A DNA stretch of 64,000 bases from Candidatus Falkowbacteria bacterium (lineage in GTDB: Bacteria > Patescibacteriota > Patescibacteriia > Patescibacteriales > UBA12465). The stretch spans positions 276,113-340,112 of the forward strand of contig JBAXPN010000001.1 in assembly GCA_037132255.1 (NCBI GenBank), given 5' to 3'. The position numbers were made by a program, and so were the translations under genes. The notes under the pieces are model-generated. The model was not told the DNA's origin. It searched no databases and worked only from the letters and a program-made list of their open reading frames with translations. Each line of letters begins with the position of its first letter. Positions within the stretch are counted from its first letter, which is position 1. Below, in pieces: positions 9,318 to 18,050 of this stretch.

Positions 9318-10073
9318 TTATAAATCCATTTTTTCAGCAATACTTATTAATTCTGGCAAACGCAACCTATTCGGACCACCTCTAAATTTTACAAATTTTT
9401 TATAAATATTTTCACTATAACGGAGAAAATTTAGACGATCTTTGTCTTGAATAAAGGAAGTGTGGGTCTGAAAATCAATTTTATGAATCATCATCCCGCC
9501 TGACGCCAAGGATTTTCTCATCGCCACAAAAGAGGCATCTAAATCATCAACATGCTCGAGGACGTCCTTGCTGAAAATAATATCGTATTTAACTTCTTCA
9601 TCTTTTAAATCCTCAATACCGCGAATCTTATAGCTAAAATCCGAAGAGTTTATAGCTTCCGATTTCGACAGGGAATTAATAACAGAGTCAACTGCTTTTA
9701 ACGCGATAGGCGCCTTTAAATCGTTTTTAATTTTTTCATAAAAAGAAACAGGAGCGCTTAAAACTGGAAAATAATCAATCGCCGAATAAGAACTTGCACC
9801 AGACTCTAAGCTGAGAAGTCCAAGCATTAAATCTGGGCCTGGACCAATTTCTAAAACATTTTTATCTTTGAATAGATCTGGGTTCGCCGCCAAATTCATT
9901 ATCATCTTTAAAATTTCACGATCATAATTCAAATTTTTATCATAATCGCCCAGCGACAACATACGCGGACGCGGAGATTTTAAACCAAGAATAAATTTCT
10001 TTATTCGACTGGAAAGACCAATAAATAGGCCGAGAATGTAATATGTTTGTTGTTTCATATAGTTGTTTATCAT
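9318..10073 (-). CDS. class I SAM-dependent methyltransferase, apparently truncated by a frameshift (C-terminal 44 codons continue out of frame to 9184)
   Basis: 251 aa. Motif I VLEIGPGPD and DIIFSKDVLEHV. Downstream in another frame: ...NGFIIEKKYIDKEMGVSELASIKPYLSQYYKEMPDSSLIPLSVWIIFR*, reachable by adding one base to the T6 run at 9329-9334. Confidence 0.75.
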   Translation of the reverse strand: MINNYMKQQTYYILGLFIGLSSRIKKFILGLKSPRPRMLSLGDYDKNLNYDREILKMIMNLAANPDLFKDKNVLEIGPGPDLMLGLLSLESGASSYSAIDYFPVLSAPVSFYEKIKNDLKAPIALKAVDSVINSLSKSEAINSSDFSYKIRGIEDLKDEEVKYDIIFSKDVLEHVDDLDASFVAMRKSLASGGMMIHKIDFQTHTSFIQDKDRLNFLRYSENIYKKFVKFRGGPNRLRLPELISIAEKMDL

Positions 10074-10124
10074 AATAAATTATTATAATACATTTTATTC
10101 ATTTTGTCAAGTTATTCATCCACA

Positions 10125-10154
10125 AGAAAAAACACCGCTGAATAGGTGTTTTTA
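10125..10154 (-). terminator. terminator downstream of corA (bidirectional shape)
   Basis: Stem ACACC (10132-10136) / GGTGT (10145-10149), flanked by an A-run and a T-run. Confidence 0.55.
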
Positions 10155-10190
10155 TGATTAAATTTGTTTAATATAGAAAGCGCAAATATC

Positions 10191-11156
10191 CTAGTGAAGC
10201 CAGCGTTTTGTTTCAAAAAAGGCAAGCATTCCAAGAGAGCAGGTAAACATAATACTAACAATTATCCAAAAACCATTTGGCTCATTAACAAAGGGCATGT
10301 ACTTCGCGTTCATCCCAAAAGTGCCGGCCAGTAAATTTAGCGGTAAAACAATAACTGAGAAGATAGTTAAAGTCTTCATGATGCTGGTCATACGATCATT
10401 TAAAAGAGACTCATTCGTATTATTTAGAACTTCCACCATTTCCTTCTGATTATCAAGCATTTCCCAAATCCTCTTTGAATCGTCGACTAAACCAACATAA
10501 TATTTTTTAATAGCTGTTTTTTCGACCAAGCTGCTTTTCATTTCCATTAACTGACGCAGAATATTTTTATGATTCTGCATGATCTTGCGGATATTTACGA
10601 TATTACGACGAATAACAAGAATATTTTTCACAGCATCTTTCTGTTTATGCGAAAAAATTATATCCTCTATTTCATTTAAATTAATACTATTTTCGTCTAA
10701 TAGTTGGTAAGTGCTGTCAATTAAATGGCCTAAGATTTCATAGAGCAAAATGGCCGACGATTCAAGGGAATAAGTTAATAGAGAATCGGGACTTTTCTTG
10801 CCGAGGCTAAAAAAATCAGAAAGAGCCTTAAGATTATTATTATTTATGGTAATCAAAAAACCGTGACCGACAAAAAAATCTACTTCTCCAGCAATAATTT
10901 TATCATCTTTAAAAGTCGGGAAATGAAGAACTAAAAAAAGATAATCCGAACCATTAAATATTTGCGGACGTTGGAAAGATACTGAGGCCGCCGAAGCTTT
11001 AAGATGAACCAGATCAAAATTATAGTTTTTTCGTAAATAATCTATTTCGTTTTTTCCGGCATTGACAATATTGACCCATTTTAGTTGTGGCGCTGTACGC
11101 GGATTATCAATAGTAAGCTCTTCAACCCGATCAGATATTTTTTTATAATTAGCCAT
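10191..11156 (-). CDS. corA: CorA-family magnesium/cobalt transporter
   Basis: 321 aa. Two C-terminal TM helices with the GMN motif (LLAGTFGMNAKYMPF). Confidence 0.85.
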   Translation of the reverse strand: MANYKKISDRVEELTIDNPRTAPQLKWVNIVNAGKNEIDYLRKNYNFDLVHLKASAASVSFQRPQIFNGSDYLFLVLHFPTFKDDKIIAGEVDFFVGHGFLITINNNNLKALSDFFSLGKKSPDSLLTYSLESSAILLYEILGHLIDSTYQLLDENSINLNEIEDIIFSHKQKDAVKNILVIRRNIVNIRKIMQNHKNILRQLMEMKSSLVEKTAIKKYYVGLVDDSKRIWEMLDNQKEMVEVLNNTNESLLNDRMTSIMKTLTIFSVIVLPLNLLAGTFGMNAKYMPFVNEPNGFWIIVSIMFTCSLGMLAFFETKRWLH

Positions 11157-11225
11157 AGAATATATAAATTTACTTTGACGAAAGCCTTAATTTATAATAA
11201 AATTAAGACATCACTATTATATCAT

Positions 11226-12431
11226 ATGGTCAATATTTTGGGAATAAATTTAAGTGAATTTAGCCAAACAGAGGTCTTAAAAAAGATCGCTGATTTTTTG
11301 AAAGACAATAAACAACATTATATTGTCACTCCGAACCCGGAAATTATTCTTGCCGCCCATGCGGACGAGGAATTTTTCTATGTTTTGAACCAGGCAGACT
11401 TATCGCTAGCCGATGGCTTCGGTCTAAAAATAGCCGGATTCTTTTTTGGTGAGAATATTCCGCGGGTTACTGGCGCCGATATAACAATCGAATTATTAAA
11501 ATTTTCTTCCGAGAATAAAACGCGTGTCATGATTCTAAACTGGGAAAAAGGCTTATCGCAAATTAATGATATAAAAAATTCACTCAATCAAAAATTTCCC
11601 GGATTAATTTTTGACGTGATTAATATTAGTCGCGAAAAATTTTTGAATGATGAAATAATTAATAAAATTAATCTATACTCGCCGGCAATTTTATTTAATA
11701 CTCTTGGCTTCCCTTATCAAGAAAAGTTAATGTATCATAATATAAATAAATTAGCCTCAGTAAAAGTCGCACTTGGTATTGGTGGTTCATTTGATTTTAT
11801 TACCGAGAAAATTAAACGCGCACCAAAAATATTTCGCGCATTAGGTCTTGAATGGTTTTGGCGCCTGGCTAACGCCTTTAATTACCAAAACTCGGGACAG
11901 AGAATAAAAAGAATTTATCGCGCGACTTTTGTTTTTTTAGCAAAAGTTATAAAAGTTAGATTTATTTATCCCTTTATCTACCGGAATAATGTCGCCTGTT
12001 TTCTTTTTAAAAAAGAGGGGACTGAAACTAAAGTTTTAATTGTTGAACGAACCGATGTTCCCGGACATTGGCAATTACCTCAAGGCGGAACTGATGGCGA
12101 AAACATTGAAATTGCCGGCAGTCGCGAACTACGTGAAGAATTGAGTACCGATAAATTTATAGCTCGCGCAAGTTTTAAAAAAGTTTATCGCTATTTATTT
12201 CGAGATCGCGGCAAGGATGATACGCGCATGTTTAAAAACTACAAAGGACAAAGTCAAGGATTATTTATTGCTGAGTTTACTGGCATAGACCAAGATATCA
12301 AAATTAATTTCTGGGATCACAGCGCCTGGAAATGGGTCCCGACAGACAAACTTCCAGAAAGTGTGCATCGTGTTAGACGCCAGGGTTCAGAATTATTTTT
12401 AAAAAAATTTCAATCGATTAAATTAAATTAA
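11226..12431 (+). CDS. WecG/TagA/CpsF-family (GT26) glycosyltransferase fused to a C-terminal NUDIX hydrolase domain
   Basis: I start at ATG 11226 (MVNILGINL...). The track's TTG at 11085 overlaps corA. The N-terminal ~245 aa are GT26-like (YIVTPNPEIIL..., ADGFGL, APKIFRALGLEWFWRL). The C-terminal ~155 aa carry a Nudix box: HWQLPQGGTDGENIEIAGSRELREELS. Confidence 0.75.
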   Translation: MVNILGINLSEFSQTEVLKKIADFLKDNKQHYIVTPNPEIILAAHADEEFFYVLNQADLSLADGFGLKIAGFFFGENIPRVTGADITIELLKFSSENKTRVMILNWEKGLSQINDIKNSLNQKFPGLIFDVINISREKFLNDEIINKINLYSPAILFNTLGFPYQEKLMYHNINKLASVKVALGIGGSFDFITEKIKRAPKIFRALGLEWFWRLANAFNYQNSGQRIKRIYRATFVFLAKVIKVRFIYPFIYRNNVACFLFKKEGTETKVLIVERTDVPGHWQLPQGGTDGENIEIAGSRELREELSTDKFIARASFKKVYRYLFRDRGKDDTRMFKNYKGQSQGLFIAEFTGIDQDIKINFWDHSAWKWVPTDKLPESVHRVRRQGSELFLKKFQSIKLN

Positions 12432-12432
12432 T

Positions 12433-13887
12433 ATGTCATTATTCGGAAATAATATTCGTCTCCGTTTCGCCCCATCTCCAACTGGTTTTCTTCATCTCGG
12501 TAATTTGCGATCGGCTTTATTCGGTTATCTGCTAGCTAAAAATTGGAAAGGCAAATTTATTCTTCGCCTAGAAGATACTGATCAAAAAAGAGAAATCGAA
12601 GGCGCTCTTGATAAATTATTAGACATTCTTACTTGGGTTGGCATTGAATTTGATGAAGGACCTCATACGACTGGCGACTTCGGTCCCTATATCCAATCCG
12701 AGCGCCTGCCGATATACCATAAATTAGTCGATGGCTTATTAAAGGAGAAGAAAGTTTATCGCTGTTTCTGTACCGAAGAACGATTAACTGATATGCGCTT
12801 AGCGCAAGAGGCAAGAAAAGAAGCCCCGCGCTATGACCGTTTATGCCGTAATTTAAGCGAGGAGGAAATTGCTAAAAAAATTCAAGCTAGCGAAAATTAT
12901 ATTATTCGCCAGAGCATTCCACTTGAAGGTCAAATAATAGTGCACGATGAACTACGCGGTGATATTAAATTTAATCTCGAGGATTTAGATGATCAAGTCT
13001 TGATAAAATCTGATGGTGTCCCGACTTATCATTTTGCTAATATTGTCGACGATCATCTCATGAAGATAAGTCATGTGACTAGAGGAGACGAATGGATACC
13101 CTCATTTCCAAAAAATATTTTACTTTACCAAGCCTTTGACTGGACTCCGCCAAAATATATCCATCTCCCATTAATCCTTAATAAAACCGGAGGCAAGCTG
13201 AGTAAACGCCAAGGAGACGTTTTTGCTGAGCAATATCGAGACAGGGGATACTTACCAGAGGCAATTATTAATTTCTGCGCACTTTTAGGTTGGCACGGAA
13301 AAAATGATCAAGAGATTTATAGCTTATCAGAATTAGAAAAAGAATTTTCACTCGATGGTCTAGGCTCTAGCCCGGCAGTTTTTGATGTCGAGAAATTAGA
13401 TTATTATAATGGTTATTATATACGCCAAAAAACAATTAGTGAGTTGACACAATTATGCCGTCCTTATTTAGAGCATGTCGGACACAATATCAAAGATGAA
13501 AAACGCCTTGAATCTTTTGTTGCTCTTGCTCAAGATAGAATGAAAAAATTAGAAGACATTGTTGAACTCACCGAATTTCTTTTCGGCCTTAAGCATTACG
13601 ATGAAAATTTACTGTGTTGGAAAAGCTTGAGCTTAGTAGAAGTAAAAAATAATTTGCAAACTCTCGCCGTCGAACTAGAAAAAATAAATGAGTCCGACTG
13701 GAATAAAGAAGATCTCGAAGAAATTATTTTTAATTGGATAAAAGCTAACGATAAGAAAAACGGCGACTATCTTTGGCCGCTACGCGTTTCACTAACTGGA
13801 CTAAAAAATAGCCCGGGACCATTTGAGATCGCTTCTGCTCTCGGCAAGAAGGAAGCCATACTTCGCATCGAAAAAGCTTTAAAATAA
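12433..13887 (+). CDS. gltX: glutamyl-tRNA synthetase
   Basis: 484 aa. RFAPSPTGFLHLGNLRSAL (HIGH region), KLSKR (KMSKS), class I Glu/Gln catalytic core. Confidence 0.95.
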   Translation: MSLFGNNIRLRFAPSPTGFLHLGNLRSALFGYLLAKNWKGKFILRLEDTDQKREIEGALDKLLDILTWVGIEFDEGPHTTGDFGPYIQSERLPIYHKLVDGLLKEKKVYRCFCTEERLTDMRLAQEARKEAPRYDRLCRNLSEEEIAKKIQASENYIIRQSIPLEGQIIVHDELRGDIKFNLEDLDDQVLIKSDGVPTYHFANIVDDHLMKISHVTRGDEWIPSFPKNILLYQAFDWTPPKYIHLPLILNKTGGKLSKRQGDVFAEQYRDRGYLPEAIINFCALLGWHGKNDQEIYSLSELEKEFSLDGLGSSPAVFDVEKLDYYNGYYIRQKTISELTQLCRPYLEHVGHNIKDEKRLESFVALAQDRMKKLEDIVELTEFLFGLKHYDENLLCWKSLSLVEVKNNLQTLAVELEKINESDWNKEDLEEIIFNWIKANDKKNGDYLWPLRVSLTGLKNSPGPFEIASALGKKEAILRIEKALK

Positions 13888-13901
13888 AAAAAGAGAACTT
13901 A

Positions 13902-13930
13902 TTTACAAAAGTAATGAAAAATGTTATAAT
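13902..13930 (+). promoter_or_regulatory. extended -10 promoter giving a leaderless or near-leaderless mRNA
   Basis: TTTACA (13902-13907), 17 nt, TGtTATAAT (-10 hexamer at 13925-13930). The ATG at 13939 is only 8 nt after the -10. Confidence 0.55.
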
Positions 13931-13938
13931 TATAAAAC

Positions 13939-15189
13939 ATGAAAAATAAGCCCCATAATATCAGAAATAAAACTCTCAAAATTGGCTTTCTCGCTTTAAT
14001 ATTTGCTGGCCTTCTTAGCTCAGCCCCTTTTGTATTTGGTGAGAGTAGTAATTATGATGCCGAAATCGACGAATTAAATCTAAAAATTCAAAATCAGAAA
14101 AAGCAGATCGATACTCTTAAGGCGAAACAGCAAGAATACCAAGCACAAATTGAAGCTAAAAGAAATGATCGAATTAATTTGAGTAATCAATTGTCGCTAC
14201 TAGAGAACCACCTAGTTAAATCTCAACTTGATATTGAAGGCACTAATTTAGAAATAGACAAAACTAATCTAGAAATTCAAAAAATTGGAATTGATAGCGC
14301 TAACCTAGACGCAAAAATTGAAGAACAGAAAGTTCACATCACCAGTCTTTTGCGCCTAGTATACAAGCAGGACCAAGTCTCTACTCTCGAGATGCTGCTA
14401 TTAAATGATTCTCTAGCGGAATTTTTAAATCAAGCGAAATATCTTGAAGATACTAATAAGGAAATCGGGGAAAGCGTCGCAGACTTGCGGGTCGACAAAG
14501 AAAGACTTGAGAATAATAAATTAACGCTTAACGAAAAGGATAGCGAACTGCTAGCACTTAAAGGAAAGTTGGAAGAGAAAAAAGATAATTTACTCTATGA
14601 ACAAGAAAGTAAAACTTTTATTCTTGAAGAAACAAGATCATCAGAAAAAGAATACCAAAGTCTCTTGCTCCAAGCTAAACGCGAACAAGACCAAGCAATG
14701 GCAGACATTGCTAATGCTGAGCGCTTAATCCGGAAAAAGATGTCTGAGAAAGACCAGCAAAAATTAAATAACGGAAATAATACTATCGGCTGGCCCGTGC
14801 CAAAAAATGTTATCGTTACAAAATTTCATGATGCTGATTATCCCTACCGAAATATTATCGGCGAACATTCAGCCGTTGATATCCGTGCTAAGCAGGGAAC
14901 TACGATTGTCGCGGCTGCCGATGGCTATGTCGCCAAAGTTAAATTTGATGGCTCAAAAAGCTATTCCTATATTATGATTATTCATGGTAATGGCCTAGCT
15001 ACAGTTTACGGCCATGTTTCTGCTACTTATGTTTTAACTGATCAATATGTAACTCAAGGGCAAGCGATCGGACGTAGCGGTGGTATGCCAGGTGGAACCG
15101 GCTCGGGACCATTTACTACTGGCCCTCATCTACATTTCGAAGTTAGAAAGGATGGCTTACCAGTTAACCCAGAAAATTATTTACCATAA
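13939..15189 (+). CDS. M23-family murein endopeptidase with long N-terminal coiled coil (EnvC-like)
   Basis: 416 aa. Signal/anchor, ~230 aa of heptad-rich sequence, and a C-terminal LytM domain with HSAVDI...HLHFEVR. Confidence 0.85.
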   Translation: MKNKPHNIRNKTLKIGFLALIFAGLLSSAPFVFGESSNYDAEIDELNLKIQNQKKQIDTLKAKQQEYQAQIEAKRNDRINLSNQLSLLENHLVKSQLDIEGTNLEIDKTNLEIQKIGIDSANLDAKIEEQKVHITSLLRLVYKQDQVSTLEMLLLNDSLAEFLNQAKYLEDTNKEIGESVADLRVDKERLENNKLTLNEKDSELLALKGKLEEKKDNLLYEQESKTFILEETRSSEKEYQSLLLQAKREQDQAMADIANAERLIRKKMSEKDQQKLNNGNNTIGWPVPKNVIVTKFHDADYPYRNIIGEHSAVDIRAKQGTTIVAAADGYVAKVKFDGSKSYSYIMIIHGNGLATVYGHVSATYVLTDQYVTQGQAIGRSGGMPGGTGSGPFTTGPHLHFEVRKDGLPVNPENYLP

Positions 15190-15213
15190 TAATTTGTAAA
15201 TATAAAAAGATAT

Positions 15214-15246
15214 AAGGACTCTAAATTAATTAGGGTCCTTTTTTAA
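15214..15246 (+). terminator. rho-independent terminator after the M23 peptidase gene
   Basis: Stem AAGGACTCTA / TAGGGTCCTT (one G-U pair), 7-nt loop, T6 run. Confidence 0.7.
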
Positions 15247-15274
15247 ATAAAAAAGCCCCTGCTTAAAAGGGCTT
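15246..15274 (-). terminator. rho-independent terminator of the 15304..15903 gene
   Basis: Stem AAGCCC (15253-15258) / GGGCTT (15269-15274). T-run on the minus strand (plus-strand A-run 15247-15254). Confidence 0.6.
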
Positions 15275-15303
15275 CAAAAAAAGAACAGTAAAAAGTTGCA
15301 AAA

Positions 15304-15903
15304 TTAAGATAAAGATGCGACCTGAAAAATACGATGGCAGAAGTTAAGACTCCAGGGCATCGGAATACTTTCATTTTCGGTATACATGGATGCGTAAAGA
15401 CCTGAAGTTTTTCTGACCACTTTGATAACACGAATATCCGGTAAACCAAATAATGGAAACAGGGAAACCTGTCCATCAATTTCGAATTGACCGGGGTAAG
15501 CACCAATTAAATAAATAATTCTCCTCAGAGTTAAGCTAACATCAAGAGGATCTCCGGTGCGAAAATCCCATTCATAAAAATCAGCGGGCCGAAAATTATA
15601 AACGTTAGAGGTCTGCCGAATTTCTTTGATGACAATATTCTGTTTGCGATTCAACTTACCTAAATTTGCGGCGACCAAAATCCTACTTTCTAGCGGCATA
15701 AGAACAATTCTATTTGACAGTTTATGATCATAACTGAGGCTCTCGCTAGAGTGCGCTAAATTAATTAAGGCAATAATTTCCTGATCGACACCGGCACTAA
15801 AAATTGATTTAGCTAGTCCGACACTAACGACAGGATGACTTAAGGCAAGCGGAGGAACGCTTAAATTGATTTCGGTATTAATTTTTACAAGATTAGCTTT
15901 CAT
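15304..15903 (-). CDS. hypothetical protein
   Basis: ORF track gives 15304..15909 with a GTG start. An ATG two codons in (15903) gives MKANLVKINTE.... I recognise no motif and see no TM segments. Immediately downstream of the xer gene. Confidence 0.5.
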   Translation of the reverse strand: MKANLVKINTEINLSVPPLALSHPVVSVGLAKSIFSAGVDQEIIALINLAHSSESLSYDHKLSNRIVLMPLESRILVAANLGKLNRKQNIVIKEIRQTSNVYNFRPADFYEWDFRTGDPLDVSLTLRRIIYLIGAYPGQFEIDGQVSLFPLFGLPDIRVIKVVRKTSGLYASMYTENESIPMPWSLNFCHRIFQVASLS

Positions 15904-15989
15904 GGGCACGGCTTTTAGATATTGTTTATATTTAGTTTTTAAATGACTTCAATAGACTCTATCACTATAATAATATAGTGTCAAAAAGA

Positions 15990-16946
15990 CTAGAATTTTC
16001 GATTATCATGAACCTTGCGGTGAATATCGCGCAATTGTTTATTGGTTACATGGGTATATATTTGAGTTGTCGCTATATTGCTATGACCAAGAAATTCTTG
16101 AACTGTTCTCAGGTCTACTCCTTGATTCAATAAATCGGTGGCAAATGAATGACGCAAGGTATGAGGCGTCGCCATTACTGGCAAACCCGCAATAATTACA
16201 TATTTTTTTACAATATCTTCAATACTCTTAACTGTTAAACGTCTTGAGGCGTTAGTTTTAGCGCCGCCGCGTTTATAATTGATAAAGAGGGCATCATCCA
16301 TATCCTTGCGCTCACCTATATAAGCACGAAGCGATTTAATAGCTCTCGCCGAAAAATAAACTGTTCTTATTTTACTTCCTTTGCCAACAACGGCAATCTC
16401 TAAATCATGGGTCTCATCTTTGATTCGTAATTGGTCACAATTAAGTGCCGCCAGTTCGGCCACGCGCAAACCAGTAGAAAAAAGGGTTTCTAGCAGCGCA
16501 CGATCGCGTAAACCAATAATTGTTCCCGTGCTCGGCGATTCAAGTAAACGAGATAATTGTTCAAGCGTTAAAAATTTAATTTCTTTATCCGCTTTATCCT
16601 TAGCCAACTTAACTTTCGAAGGCGGGAGGGAACTGATATCTTTTTCTACAAAGAACTCTAAAAGTGAGCGTAAGGCAATCAAATAATAGTTCTGGGTTGT
16701 CTTTTTAAGCGTTTTGCGGGTCCTAGGGTCCTGATGACGCGATAAATAAACCTTATACTGCCAAATATGCTCAGCGCTCAATTTTGATGGTGTTAGGCTC
16801 TCTGAATTAGTTTCTTTTAACCAGCCAAAAAACTTCCTCAGAAAACGAGTATAATTTTCCTGTGTTTTTGAGGACAGTCCTTTTTCAATTTCAGAATAAT
16901 CAAGAAAATCAACTAAATATTTAATTATTGCCTTATTTTTATCCAT
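15990..16946 (-). CDS. tyrosine recombinase, XerC/XerD family
   Basis: 318 aa. N-terminal SAM-like core-binding domain. Catalytic C-terminus ...TPHTLRHSFATDLLNQGVDLRTVQEFLGHSNIATTQIYTHV (R..HxxR..Y). Confidence 0.9.
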   Translation of the reverse strand: MDKNKAIIKYLVDFLDYSEIEKGLSSKTQENYTRFLRKFFGWLKETNSESLTPSKLSAEHIWQYKVYLSRHQDPRTRKTLKKTTQNYYLIALRSLLEFFVEKDISSLPPSKVKLAKDKADKEIKFLTLEQLSRLLESPSTGTIIGLRDRALLETLFSTGLRVAELAALNCDQLRIKDETHDLEIAVVGKGSKIRTVYFSARAIKSLRAYIGERKDMDDALFINYKRGGAKTNASRRLTVKSIEDIVKKYVIIAGLPVMATPHTLRHSFATDLLNQGVDLRTVQEFLGHSNIATTQIYTHVTNKQLRDIHRKVHDNRKF

Positions 16947-17000
16947 AGCTGATTAAATTATAGCATAAAATAGGGAAGTGTGTGCACCAAAAAATTTAAA

Positions 17001-17029
17001 TTGACATGACTAGGTATTTATCATAAACT
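17001..17029 (+). promoter_or_regulatory. promoter placing the TSS at or next to ATG 17036
   Basis: TTGACA (17001-17006), 17 nt, TAAACT (17024-17029). The ATG lies 6 nt later. Confidence 0.4.
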
Positions 17030-17035
17030 GCCTTA

Positions 17036-17839
17036 ATGCTTAATTTTATAAGCATTCCCAACCGTCTCGGGTTGATTCGGAACTTTAACAAAATAATACT
17101 GGCCATGGAAAACAACCAAGAAAATGCTAGTCTCGCGCTCATTGAAGAACTCTGCAAGAGGGCGCGAAAAGATTCAAGATTCTATGAGATACTAAAAGAA
17201 CTATCAAACTTATCGAAAGAAAAAATCGATAAGCTTATTATCAACGGACCGCCAGACCGACGCGGTAAAGACAATCATTTGCATTTAATCTCTTTCCCCA
17301 AAATCCTAACTCTTGAAGCATTAAGGGGCGATGAGTATTATTCTAAAGATTGCATTACAGTTATTAGAAACCGATATGGCATACACCTACCTCTACTGCG
17401 TCACTTTGGAGAACAACAGGAACACAATTGTTATCCTGACGAAAAAATCCATATTCGGGTTGATGCAACATTTGGCGGAGGCACCATCATGGATGCCTTT
17501 CAGTCTCTACCGGGCAATTGGAGCCAAAAATGCTTAAGCTGGAATCAATTAATCTTTTTCCTGAGAAAATACCCAACTTGGGTAAACCAGGACGGTATCA
17601 CTCATTTTCTTGTTAAAAAAGATGCGAACAAAGAAATAGATGAAGAACGTCCCCAGGATAATTTAAGAGAGATCCACCTCTACGCTACCATGAATAGGAA
17701 ACCGCCTTACGCCACTCTATCTGGCGATGGAATAAATAGCCAAATAATTTTTCCAAAAATTCGCCGTGTTATTTCACAATCAACCATCAATGCTTATCTG
17801 ACTGAGGATTTTAGACGGGAAGGGCCAATAAACGACTGA
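17036..17839 (+). CDS. hypothetical protein
   Basis: 267 aa (alternative ATG at 17105, MENNQENASL...). No recognisable motif. Looks somewhat GC-richer than neighbouring genes. Lies between the xer gene and the dif-like site. Confidence 0.55.
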   Translation: MLNFISIPNRLGLIRNFNKIILAMENNQENASLALIEELCKRARKDSRFYEILKELSNLSKEKIDKLIINGPPDRRGKDNHLHLISFPKILTLEALRGDEYYSKDCITVIRNRYGIHLPLLRHFGEQQEHNCYPDEKIHIRVDATFGGGTIMDAFQSLPGNWSQKCLSWNQLIFFLRKYPTWVNQDGITHFLVKKDANKEIDEERPQDNLREIHLYATMNRKPPYATLSGDGINSQIIFPKIRRVISQSTINAYLTEDFRREGPIND

Positions 17840-17861
17840 GGAGCCAAAACAAATGTATCTT

Positions 17862-17890
17862 AACCTGGTAATCAAATACCAGGTTTTTTA
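17862..17890 (+). terminator. rho-independent terminator
   Basis: 9-bp stem AACCTGGTA / TACCAGGTT, 6-nt loop, T6 run. Confidence 0.8.
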
Positions 17891-18050
17891 TTTTTAAAAA
17901 ATTAATTATAAATAAAAAATAATAATAAAGTAAATAAACTATAGTCAAAAACATGTTATTAAAGCATCTTATTAACGGGAAGAAAAAAATAATAAAAGAG
18001 GAGGGATGGGCACAAAACAGCCAAATTACCGGGGTTTTTGCTCACACAAT

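Noticed and set aside
11085-11225. TTG-initiated N-terminal extension of the GT26-Nudix ORF.
   Set aside because: It overlaps the 5' end of corA on the opposite strand, its translation is low-complexity, and a clean ATG at 11226 starts the conserved GT26 N-terminus.
15990-16946. Tyrosine recombinase as a marker of a prophage or integrative element.
   Set aside because: The sequence is XerC/D-like, no phage or conjugation genes and no tRNA or att repeats are nearby, and a dif-like site lies 1.1 kb away. I interpret it as the chromosomal dimer-resolution recombinase. The IMEX idea is kept as a low-confidence finding.
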